DNA from: Octopus sinensis
Taxonomy: Eukaryota
DNA: 64,000 nucleotides
NCBI RefSeq assembly: GCF_006345805.1
Contig: NC_043001.1
Location: forward strand, 41,230,001 to 41,294,000
Direction: 5' to 3'
The notes beneath the pieces were generated by a model. That model did no database searches and was not told the origin of the DNA. It saw only the letters and a program-made list of their open reading frames with translations. Made by a program: the position numbers and the translations under genes. Numbering within the stretch: position 1 is the stretch's first letter; every line of letters starts with the position of its first letter. Of this stretch, positions 50,452 to 61,496 are shown piece after piece.

Positions 50452-52192
50452 TTTTTTTGTTTTTTTAGAAATCTAGCAGAATTTTTTGTAACCACCATTG
50501 TTGGGTGGTAGTGAATAATTGAAAAAAATGAGAAGTTATGCAGAAGCTACTGGAGGTCAAGTTCCCTTAGACCCACGTGTGCTGAAACAGATGTTACAGT
50601 GGAATAGAGCTGATAAAGAAATATAGTAGTATGGTAGAGAAGGAAGGGTCAAATATAAAAATGACCCTGCCAGAGGAGGAAAATGTGAAAATAGAAAAGA
50701 AGACAGTCATATTTAGAACATTTTGAATAAAAATAGAAGAATTGAACATGTGCCGCAGGAAGAAATAGAAGAAATTTTGGAAGAACTTATAGGAGATAGC
50801 ATAGCATTCTTTACAAGAGGAAAGAGATGTGCGTCTATAGTGTTAACCTTTATATCAGTAGAGGAGGCAGAAAAAACCTCTAACAGGCTGATACAGGGAG
50901 AAAAATGAACTTTAATACCAAACTGTTTGGACAAAAGAATTGTAAGAATTATGGTGGGAAGAATCCCACCGTGAATAGATCCAGAGTGGATAATAGCTGC
51001 AATTTTTTGTTTGGTGATAAGGAAGGAAAATGAAAACATGAAGATGGGCATGATAAGCCAAACCCATCAAGTGAAGTGTGGGGCTACGGATTAGATAATT
51101 TGGGCAGTGAGCCCAAAATATCAATGAAAGACATGAAACTTTAGAGCTATCAAATGAAGAAAAGCTGGAAATAATGTTGATGGGGAGACCCCCCCCCCCC
51201 AAGTACTATGAATGTGGTGAAAGAGGGCACTTGAGAAAGAAATGCCCTAGAGCAGCAAATGGTGGAGAAACAGCAAAAACAGATAACAGAACAAGAAAGG
51301 AATTTTGTGGAAGTGAAAGCAGGAAAAAAGATGGGAGGAAGTTACCAATGATAGTGGAATTGAAGAAGTACAAAGCAGTGGAAGAAGTAACCCAACCTAT
51401 GACAAGAAATGGGGAAGATTTACCAGTAGGATCACCAGTAAAGACATACAGGTACAGAAACATTCAGACACACAGACATTCAAAAGCACAGAAGTACAGA
51501 CGAACAGAAACGAGATAACTCAGAATTATGGAAACCTAAAAACACACACAGATGAAACATGCAGAATTACAGTCAAATTAAACACAGACACACAAAAACA
51601 CGGACACATACACACAATCACAGGGTAGCCAAGAATTACAGAAAAACAGAGGCAAAAAACACAAACAGAAGCAAGATTTTTAAATAAAATAGGACACCTA
51701 AAAGTTTTAAAAATTCCAAAATTGAAAGGCATTATGAAAAAGTGAATCCACTGGGCCCGGAGGTGGATGTTCAACCTTGCACCTCGGTGATGTGGACGAA
51801 AAGGAGAAGATGAAGTACTAAGTTGTGATTTATTTTAAAGATTGTGGAAGACAGAAAAACATTTGGTTAAAGTTTTTGTTTAAAAAAAACGGAAAATAAG
51901 TAAATCCTGTAACTATTGAATGAATATTTGTTTAAAACGTTTCCTTTAAAATTGTAAGGTGAAAACAAAAAGGGAAGTTGCGGTTTCACCTCAGAGCGAG
52001 GCTGGAAATTGTTATTTAGAATGTAAAGTTTTAAAGTAAAAAGGAATTCACAGTTTCATCTCGGAGTGGGAGTGAGATGGCCATCTCATTTTCTTTGTAA
52101 TTTAATTCATTTTGCATTCATCCTTTTATGTGTTTTTGTTCCTGCATATCTGTGTATGTTTTCTATGTGTTTAGGCCTTGTGCCTAGAATAA
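50452..52192 (+). mobile_element. Full-length 1.74-kb ORF1-only (HAL1-like) non-LTR element, copy 2
   Basis: Perfect 18-bp TSD ACCTCTAGCCGAACAATT at 50434-50451 and 52193-52210. Decayed ORF1 from ATG 50528 (MRSYAEA...FFTRGKR...GRIPP...YECGERGHLRKKC). No EN or RT; ends at AATAAA. Confidence 0.82.
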
Positions 52193-52213
52193 ACCTCTAG
52201 CCGAACAATTATT

Positions 52214-52256
52214 CTGTGCTGATGAAGGGAAATAACCTAGAAATTGCAATATACAG
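52214..52256 (+). ncRNA. Penelope-type minimal hammerhead motif, stem II closing pair mismatched
   Basis: ctgtg CTGATGA aggg-aaataa-ccta GAAA ttgcaa TA tacag. Stem I 5 bp, palindromic TTGCAA stem III, AUA triplet. Confidence 0.55.
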
Positions 52257-53148
52257 ATGTTCTTTTGAGCTGAGTTGGAGTGCTAGATTTCCCTTATTCG
52301 AAAATATAAAGACACAGACCGTGTCGTATAGCCAGCTGGAGACGATGTCTCCTGGGGTTAAATTACAGCAACATTCGTCCTAAACCAGGACTACCATGTT
52401 ATGTTGGCAAACAATCTTTACTCTGTTGGTTGTTAAGACCCTGATCAGCCTTGTTTGAGCAAACATATGATCAAAGAGATTCCAACTTTGACCATCCCAG
52501 CTTTCATTCAGACATAATGCATCTTTGTATCCAATACATCTTTCTTTTTTTAAGATAATCAGTGTGATTTAAGGAAAGTTTGGTTGCTATTTCCAGCAGG
52601 TTGAATGACAACACAAAGGCTCCTTTGTTGTTCATCAGGTTCACAGTACTTGACAATGACAACAACAGTGGACTCTTTCATCATTTTCGTTTTCTGTATT
52701 TTTCTTTTTACTTTTAGAATGTTGTAATAGTTGTATGCCTGTGTGTTTAGAAGAGTTTTTGTCGTGTCAAGGATTATGATAGATGAAACTTTCTGCAGTA
52801 ACAAACTGTGTTTTTTTTATGTTGACATGCACTTAATATTTCAATTTCATTGTGTAAATAGTCTGTGAGTGTGGTATATGTTACTTTATGTTATATTACA
52901 TAGTTTATTGTGGAGAGAACTGGTGCCCAGATAGGACTAATAGAGTTCGTGACGAATTTCACGTACTACTTTAACACTATTGTTGTTTGTTTCTGTTGGC
53001 CCATTGTACTACTCGTGAATGTTCTAAGTATGTTTATGTGTCATTTTGCTTTCTTTACTATTTACTACATGTGAATTTTGTAGGGTTTGAAAATACTAGA
53101 AATACACCTCAACTACAATTTATGAAAAGATACTTTATTAATCTTCTT

Positions 53149-53569
53149 GGATCTTTTCGGTTTGAACGGCAGTTTTTTAAAATAATTTCCACGTAACTAA
53201 ACACATTTAAACTTCATATACTGGTAGAATGTGTTTATAAAACATCTTTTTCTCTTGACTTTATTGAGAAAATTCTATAGTTTGTAAGATATTTGTTGTT
53301 TTTTTTCTTCAATTTCTGCAATTTCAACTAATCAATGACGTCTATTGAGGTGAAAACATTCTGTGCCGTATGAATATGTCCCTCGTTTAAGAAACAGATT
53401 GGGTTTATTTACATTTCTGAGGAGAAAAAAAAAGATACCCTTCCCCCCACCGCTAACCCTAACCCTAAAACAGGTTGAAATGCAATAGATCGATACTAGG
53501 GTCATAATTATGGGTGATAATTTCATTTGACACTGCTAGAAAAAACTGCCATTCAAACCGAAAAGATCT
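53149..53569. mobile_element. 421-bp TIR element related to the 25475-26152 MITE
   Basis: Starts ggatcttttcggtttgaacggcag and ends ctgccattcaaaccgaaaagatc; shares ttc.tatactggtagaatgtgt and aaccctaaccctaa. No TSD recognised. Confidence 0.7.
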
Positions 53570-54060
53570 TTTAGTCAAAAAACTTCTTTGTTTGTAAATG
53601 CTTTAGTTGTTTTTTATTTGTATATATATATATTTTGATCTATATTCATTTAATTTCTTTTAGTATTGTCATTGGTGTTGTTGCTTTGTAGCAGCTTGTA
53701 TGCATGAGATATGTTTATGTTGTTGATTACGATGGTTGGTTGTATAGGTGTTCTCTGATATTGTTGTTAAGAACGGAGATAGTGGATTTGCTATCTGCTA
53801 CTTTATGTTATTATGAAGTCAGGTTACTATGTGATTAAATAAGTTTACAATAGTTGTGTAGTGCTGTAATGTTTAGAGAATCGTGCAAAGATGCAAATGT
53901 GATGTCCTCTGCATATGAGGCTGTTGACATGTTTTGTAGAGATGTGAATATCTTGAGTAGGTATGAGTTAGAAATAGCTGCAAAGATGGATTCTTGTATG
54001 CCATTCAGGAAATTGCAGGTTATTGTATTGTTCTTGTATATTGTGTAGGTTTAATGTGGA

Positions 54061-54388
54061 GGTGCAATGGCCTAGTGGTTAGGGCAGCGGACTCGCGGTT
54101 TCGATTCCCAGACTGGGCATTGTTTATTGAGCAAAAACACCTAAAGCTCCATGAGGCTCTGGCAGGGGGTGGTGGCGAACCCTGCTGTACTCTTTCACCA
54201 CAACTTTCTCTCATTCTTTCCCTGTTTCTGTAATACCTGTATATCAAAGGACTAGCCTTGTCACACTCTGTGTCATGCTAAATCTCCCCGAGAAATACGT
54301 TAAGGGTACACGTGTCTGTGAAGTGCTCAGCCACTGGCATGTTAATTTCATGAGCAGACGGTTCCATTGATCGGATCAACTGGAACGG
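54061..54388 (+). repeat. tRNA-derived SINE
   Basis: A-box-like tggcctagtggttagg and B-box-like ggtttcgattcc at 54068-54108, followed by a non-tRNA body. Confidence 0.65.
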
Positions 54389-54783
54389 CAGCTGACTTGG
54401 CAGACACCCATAAAATTATTAACCATCTTACAAACAATAACTCTGAGCACCTTTTCAAACTCCACCCGTCTAACACCCGTGGACATATTTACAAAGTCAG
54501 AAAACAGCACAGCTCCCATGACTTTAGGAAACATTTTTTCACACTGAGAGTTGCTGAAGCATGGAACAAACTGCCGGCATCAGTTGTTAGTTGTCGGAGC
54601 ACTGCATCCTTCAAAACTTCCATGTTTCCTGAGATTCGCCAACACTACACCTGATTTTCTCCCCTCCATACACACACAAGCATGTATCTGACTCATAGAT
54701 TGTTCGCTTTCCAGACATTTGTACATTACTGAATATACTTTCTACGCACGTTGTGGTGCACCTGAGCACTGTATACAATAATT

Positions 54784-54815
<32 letters not shown>

Positions 54816-54822
54816 TTATTAT
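54389..54822 (+). mobile_element. CR1-like LINE 3' end
   Basis: NTRGHIYKVRK...RKHFFTLRVAEAWNKLPASVV...SFK, the CR1 ORF2 C-terminal signature; (ATT)n tail at ~54787-54822. Confidence 0.8.
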
Positions 54823-55429
54823 TGTAACCAATGGAGTGCCATAGGTTTAAGGATCAAACAAGTAGTTTGCTAGTCAGTGATTCATGCTGTTTTGAAAGGT
54901 GGTGTTAAGTATTTTTTGTGCAAATGGACAAAAGGGAATGGAGTTGAAAACATGCTAGTAAAATGGAGCACATGGGAGATTTTGTGTTGAAGTCATCATG
55001 CATTTTCAGTGTTAGATTTGGGAGTAGTGTGGAGGTCTGAATATATGTTGGAATTTGGAAAAAATGAGTAGGCTAATGATCTTATGAATTTACCTTTCTA
55101 GAAGTTTTGAGGGTTTGCATAGGCATTTGCTTGAAGATTATTATTGTGACCTGGACATGTATGGTGTAACTGTTGTTGATGTGGCTAATTCCTCTATATG
55201 TTATTTTATTATTAGTTTTGTGGTTTAAAGTATGGGCAGTCAGGTGTGTTGCATTGGCACAAAAGTCATGAAAAAAACTCATAAAATTTATATTAATTAT
55301 ACTATTTCTGATCTATTTATTTCTGTTCATGGCATTTTATGTGCATAAATAGCTAAGCTGTTAGCACTCATACTTTTGTAGTACTAACAATTTACACCAT
55401 TATTAGATTAAGCTGAGTAGGAGACAGCA

Positions 55430-55790
55430 TCTTGTCTTGTCTTGAGATAGCATTCACCCAGGGTGGGTTGAGCTGGCTTCATTCATCCTCAATGCTGCAT
55501 CTCTCACAAACACCAACCAGACCTAGCGATTGGAGGCTAACGACTGTGTGATCTCCAACCATTCCTTATTCCAGCGGTGAGCGCCGTAGATATGGGGGCC
55601 TAGGTTGGGTTCCAGATCAGCCAGGTGTTTCGTTGTCCACCACATCGCTTTCACCAACCCTGAAGAGGAGCTGGAGCAATTGCTTTGTGGGTGAATTCTC
55701 CTGGCTGACAACGGAGGGCCATGACCCAGCCAATGCAGACGTCTCGTTAGGATGACTTGTTGGAGGGAGGTGACAGCATCTTATAAGCCC
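55430..55790 (-). mobile_element. Old RTE-like LINE 3' end
   Basis: TRRLHWLGH motif on the minus strand and a (CAAGA)n tail near 55432-55446. Confidence 0.5.
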
Positions 55791-56149
55791 GGTACAATAG
55801 GTGTCTAAGAAGGCTGGAACAACAGTTTATATCACTACCTCATGATGTGAAATTACAAGATAGCAGCAGAATCATGATAGTGTTCTGCTTTCTATGCCAG
55901 GTGGATGTACTGGTTAACAACTTGACATGAAAGAAAAAAACCCAACTTATGTGGGAAAAGACTATTTAAAGGTGTAAGCCTTAAAATATAACTTAATAGC
56001 TACCTGATGAAAATATTGGAATCCTGCTAAGAACTACACGATGTTATATGCTGCACTACTAAGCCCTACAATACGTAAAGATTAACAGCCACAACCACAC
56101 ACACACACGTGTTACCATTGCACACATACACACACACGCAGACCTTCGC

Positions 56150-56410
56150 GCACACACATACCTCCTCTTGCACTTTCCTGTCTTTGAAAGAACTTTTCTT
56201 CACCCATTTCCTTCCGATCATTCAAAATGTGACCGCGTGTGTACCGTTGGCGATTTTTTTCCCTCTGTCTTCCCTTCTCCTATGTTTCCGATGAAGAGCT
56301 CCGCTCAAAACGTTAAACCCTCCTTTTTTCCCGAGCGTCCAATAATACTAAATTTGTTCCACGTCCTCGCGTTGTTGTGTTTCTTTGTGCTTTCTTGTTT
56401 GGATTAACTT
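56150..56410 (+). repeat. Penelope pLTR-like repeat with a degenerate hammerhead at 56284-56318
   Basis: gttt CCGATGA a gagc-tcc-gctc AAAA cg TT aaac. Two core substitutions (U4C, G12A). Confidence 0.5.
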
Positions 56411-58324
56411 TATATTACCTTCTTTCTACATTAAAGTCAAGAGTCAACAAGTGGGCCTGTATACGATAGACTTGTCAAAAGTAGCAATCAAATTACCCTG
56501 AAATCACAGAAATTGGGCTTAACATAGATACAAAGAGAAATAAATTTTTCACCTCTACCCAACATACACACATATGCACAAACGCGATAATATGTATTTC
56601 ATAAAACTGCTTAAGAAAGCAACAGTTACATTTGAAGTGTATTTATAATATTCTGACACTTCATTTCATTACTTAAAGAAGTCAAATGCTGCTAGCTTTA
56701 TTAGAAGTTGCAGATAGTTAAAAAATGATGCAGGAAAGTGCGATGGGAAATGAAATTGGATTTAAAAAGACAAAACAACAAAAATTTAATATTTACAGAC
56801 ATTTTATTTACTCTAGGTTTCTCATATCTTGTTCAAAATTGTTACATTTCTACAGTTAATAACATGTATCAACATTATTATTATTATTAAATGGTGAGTA
56901 CTTCAGCTTTTTCTTGATAGCCGAAAAAGAGAAGAATAAAATCTTTTCTGAATGTTGTCAGTTCTCATCAATCTGCAAGAGAATTTTCTCGTGATGATAG
57001 AATCTATTAGAAAACACAAACAAGAAAAGAAGAAAGACAAATGTAGAAATGTATCAGACGTTATCTGAATTTCTTTTAATCTAAATAACAGATTTTAAAG
57101 TAAGGTTTTACAAAAAGTTGGTTAGAAAGTTTTGGTAGCCTAGTCTACCTAAATTTTTTGTATATGAAATATTGTCCATGAGCTTATTTCACTTTAATTA
57201 CTAATGCACTTGAGGTTTGTTTGCAAGTTATATTACTATTTTGTTTCTTTTGAGCATTCTTAAAAGTTTTGCATTAATTTATATTATACTTTTCATACCA
57301 TACCATTATATCTATTTGAGTGCTTTAAATAAAAACGATTGTTAGGCTACTCACTGTCACAGCCATGACATTGTAGCAGCTTCAGCTATCTGTCTTTGCT
57401 TTGATGGCATTGATTAGTGTTGATTTACTAATGATACTGATGGGTTCCATGCCACAATTCAAAGAAATATTTATCAAGCAGTGATGCATACTAGCATCAC
57501 TTACTATCCTTGACTCTCATAGCAGCACTCATTGAGTGGACCTCAGTCTCTAAGATGTTGCTGTTAGGAAAAAGGGTTGATGATAGTGCTGTCCCAAAAC
57601 AAGTGACCCAAGGTGTGCAGAAAACATTTTATCAGTGCTCTGTAAATACCTGAAGTACACCTTCCAATGAAGTACTTCTTACACATCACAATATTACTCT
57701 AATTATGCACACCCTAAATCATCTATAAAAAAGCCATCCCATGTATTTCATAGACAAGGTTTTCCTCATCAGAAATGATAATTTGCTCACTATGGAGTTA
57801 TATCCATTTTTAAAAATTAGTTATTTTAACTTGTCTGTATATCACCTACTACCTAAATTCACAACAACCCATCTCCATGCCTACTCTTACTTTGATTCTT
57901 TTCTTCCAGACTTTTGTTTTTTTTTGCAAAACTTGTATTCTTCTGAAATATTCTTCTCTCCCATATTTCACAACTCTTAACCTACAATTCAAACTGAACA
58001 TAAAACTAAATTAACTGTACTCAATTAGTTATCACTAACTCACAATCTAGAAGGGCCTGAAAAGTCTCTGAGCAGTGCTACTCCTCCTCAGGCTAATTAA
58101 TACAAAAATGAAATGAAAACACCTGTTTTGCTCTCTCATAATGAATAAATATCGGGAAACATACGTGCGACTGTGTAAACATACACATTTTATGCCTATA
58201 TAAAAAATAAAAAATACTGATATAATGCTAAAATCATGCTTTACTATCATCATTTGACTGATGATGAAGTTATGTATGTATAAAAGTCTGTATGTATGTA
58301 AAAGTGTGTATACATGTATGTATG

Positions 58325-58379
<55 letters not shown>

Positions 58380-60345
58380 GAAGTGTGTATACATGTATGT
58401 ATATATATATGTGTATGTATTTTCACATATTCTTTTGTTTGAAGACGAGTCTTCATTACGTTGCTATTCTGAGTTTTTTGTTTCTAGAACATTCTCCACA
58501 GTGATTAGAAGGAGACTACTTTCTAATGGCAAGAGAATTATTGTCCTGATTTCTTTCAGTTGGTTAGCAATTGGTTTAGACTAACTGCTAACCAACAGCA
58601 GCTTTGTGAAAATTATAGCTATTTTAAAATTTTGTGGTTGACATATTTTCAGCAGGAGTATTACATTGGTAGTAGGGAGTGTTTCTCAACGAGACAGTTT
58701 GACAAGGAATGTAATGCAATAGCTGTTGTCAAGAGGAGTTTGGCAGATCCTAATACCATATTTTGTGTACAATTGTAAGATGGTTTTAGATGTTTGTTCT
58801 TATGTCTACACTTCAACACAATCTCCTATCTCAAGAAAATGTTTATTTCTCAGCTTGACAAAGATAAGGCATCATTTATAATCTGAAGAACTACACTGGG
58901 TACATGAATAATATGTTCAAGAGCATGTGCTCTCAGCACACCCTCTCCTCAGATTCAGAAGCAAAAACAGCTCCACTTCACATTCCCAATATATCTGAAA
59001 CCTGAATGAGAAGGTAAAGAAATAATACTCTGTTGTATTAGCCAAAGTACAACTGTTTCATAAATAAAAAAAAAATCTACTCTATTTGGCTTACATGTCT
59101 TTACACAGGTTTATACATGCACACATATCTAAGAGAAAAGAGTGGCCATGAGACCTGCATAGCAGTGCATATGTGTGACAAATATTTTAGAAGTTTGCAT
59201 TGCAATAATGAGTTATTGGGTTCAATCCTACTGTGTGGCACCTTAGACATGTCTTCAATCATGGTCTTAAGTGTTATACATTAATAATAACCTTAAATTA
59301 GTAAAGTCATTAATGTACAGATTCATGATCTGAGTTACACCATTTACAGAAGGGAGGGAGCCTAATCAATGCTCAATATCACGGAGTGGTTTGACTGAAA
59401 CTTTTGATCTAAGTGTGAGAAGGAGCTTATGAAAAAAGTTATCTTATCCATCTGATTGACAAGCTTTTACTTATAAGAACTTGATTATTTGCCCACTATG
59501 GAGCTATATTCTCTTTTACAGTTAGTTACTTTAATAGACTCTAATCACTTGTTTTGTATATCATTTTCCACTTAAGTTAATGCTTGCCCATATGCAAGCC
59601 TGCTCCTACTTTGATTCCTTTCTCCAGCCTCGTTTTTTTTATTTCTATATATTTTATCTATTTATTTGCAATGATTTCTTTCTTAGGTTTTCTTGCCAAA
59701 TCAGCTGAATGCATTACAAATATCAAAGTCAGCAGCTATTGTTAGGGTAAGAGAGATTAACTTTTGGGGAATTGAACAGACTGCAGACTGAAGAGTTTGG
59801 TGCAGGCAGGCAGTTGGAAAGGAATGGAAGGACAACTGTCTAGATCACATAAGTTTTGGGGCTGAAAAAGTTTCTACATTTGGTAACTGTGAGTGGTGAT
59901 GAGAGAGATGAAGTGGAAGAAAGTTTTGTTGAGGGTTTGATGTGAAGTAAGGAAGTTGAAAGGCAGTGAATATGGTGGCTTTATCAAGACATGCTTGGTT
60001 GAGCAATCATGAATAGAAAAATTCTGTAATGTATGAGAGACCTCCTTGGTAGTAAACTAAAAAAAAACATAGCTGTAATTTACAAGAAGGGAAAACCTGC
60101 TGGCTGTGTGATGCACAAAAGGCATCCTTTTTTTTACTTCTGGCATTATGGTAGTGTGTAAACACAACTAAGTTGGTGATAGTGGGCAACTACTTCTAAA
60201 TGTTTCTAGGTTGTGTTTGTCATCTTTGTAACTTAAGTACAGCTACAATTGAACCACTTGTATGGACTTTAACTGTATCAAGTAGTTTTGAAGCCATCTT
60301 AAATGATCCATTTGCTTCTAAAAGCTGTCAACTTGGAACAACCAT

Positions 60346-60461
60346 TAGAATTTAGTTAAATTTGAAGAATTCATTTGTATAGTTTCCTTTTTATCCAAAA
60401 TCACAAAGAGGATTAGTAGATAGACAAAGAACATGTTTTATCAACATCACAGTTGTAATAT

Positions 60462-60523
<62 letters not shown>

Positions 60524-61328
60524 GAGAAGATGGATTTGGTATTAAACTTTATTCTGTACATTTGTTTTAAACCATCCTGCTATTGACCTTCATGTGTGGG
60601 ACTCTGTTCAACATGAGTTGCTTCAATTTTGCAGTCTATGTCTCATCAGGTACATTAATAAAATTTTGAGGTTTTCTGGATAAGATGACAGTCAGAAGAG
60701 GCAGAGATGGTGACAAGTATACAGATATGCATATTTTATCTGTATGCGTGCATGCGTGTGTGTGTATAATAAATAATAAATATTTTGGACTAGTAGGTAT
60801 AAGTCGATTAGTGTATTTAAATGTTGAGTAAAGCACTGGCACAGTTTAGGCTACCAGTTGTCATCTGCAGTTATGGTATCTACTTCAGGAACTCCACAGT
60901 GTCAGTTAGGGTAATTATATTAAGTGATGAGAAATTTGGTAGTGATCTTTATTCTGTACAATGTTCATTTTGACTGGTCCTGCTATTGTCCTTTATGTAC
61001 GGGACTCCATTCAACATGTGTTGTATTGATTTTGCAGTCTGGGTCTCATCAGGTACATCAACGAAGTTGTGTCTCACTAAAGATCTTGAGTGTCAGCTGC
61101 TATGTTGTTATATGCCCACCTAGTTTTCCCTAGCTAGATGGGCATTATAACATGGCAACCAACACTCAAGATCTTAAACGAGACACAATTTTATTAATGT
61201 ACCTGATGAGACATAGACTGCAAAATTGAAGCAACTCATGTTGAACAGAGTCCCACACATGAAGGACAATAGTAGGATGGTTTAAAACAAATGTACAGAA
61301 TAAAGTTTAATACCAAATTCATCTTCTC

Positions 61329-61386
<58 letters not shown>

Positions 61387-61496
61387 CAACTGTGATGTTG
61401 ATAAAACATGTTCTTTGTCTATCTACTAATCCTCTTTGTGATTTTGGATAAAAAGGAAACTATACAAATGAATTCTTCAAATTTAACTAAATTCTA
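60346..61496. repeat. 1.15-kb foldback structure with near-identical ~310-320-bp inverted arms
   Basis: 60346-60665 is the reverse complement of 61187-61496, including a (TA)n of different length; TA at both outer ends; an older imperfect palindrome is centred near 61127. Confidence 0.9.

Noticed and set aside
23707-52192. Composite transposon carrying MAT2B between the two inverted ORF1-only elements
   Set aside because: The copies are clearly diverged, copy 2 has its own TSD, and there is no shared outer TSD or transposase-type terminus.
52600-52640. SECIS element in the hairpin after the candidate TGA
   Set aside because: A stem-loop exists but the 3' GA of the non-Watson-Crick quartet and the apical AA motif are missing.
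54061-54120. tRNA gene
   Set aside because: A- and B-box-like motifs are present but I could not fold a full cloverleaf, and a SINE body follows.
56900-57010. Minus-strand coding exon after a strong polypyrimidine acceptor
   Set aside because: One frame is open (SIITRKFSCRL...) but there is no good donor and no recognisable protein motif.
59650-60100. Protein-coding gene fragment
   Set aside because: Only scattered endonuclease-like residues on the minus strand with stops; probably an old LINE relic, too decayed to call.
60630-61230. Hammerhead at CTGATGAG in the foldback arms (also CTGAAGAG at ~567)
   Set aside because: No properly placed GAAA with stem III and NUH, and no stem I pairing.
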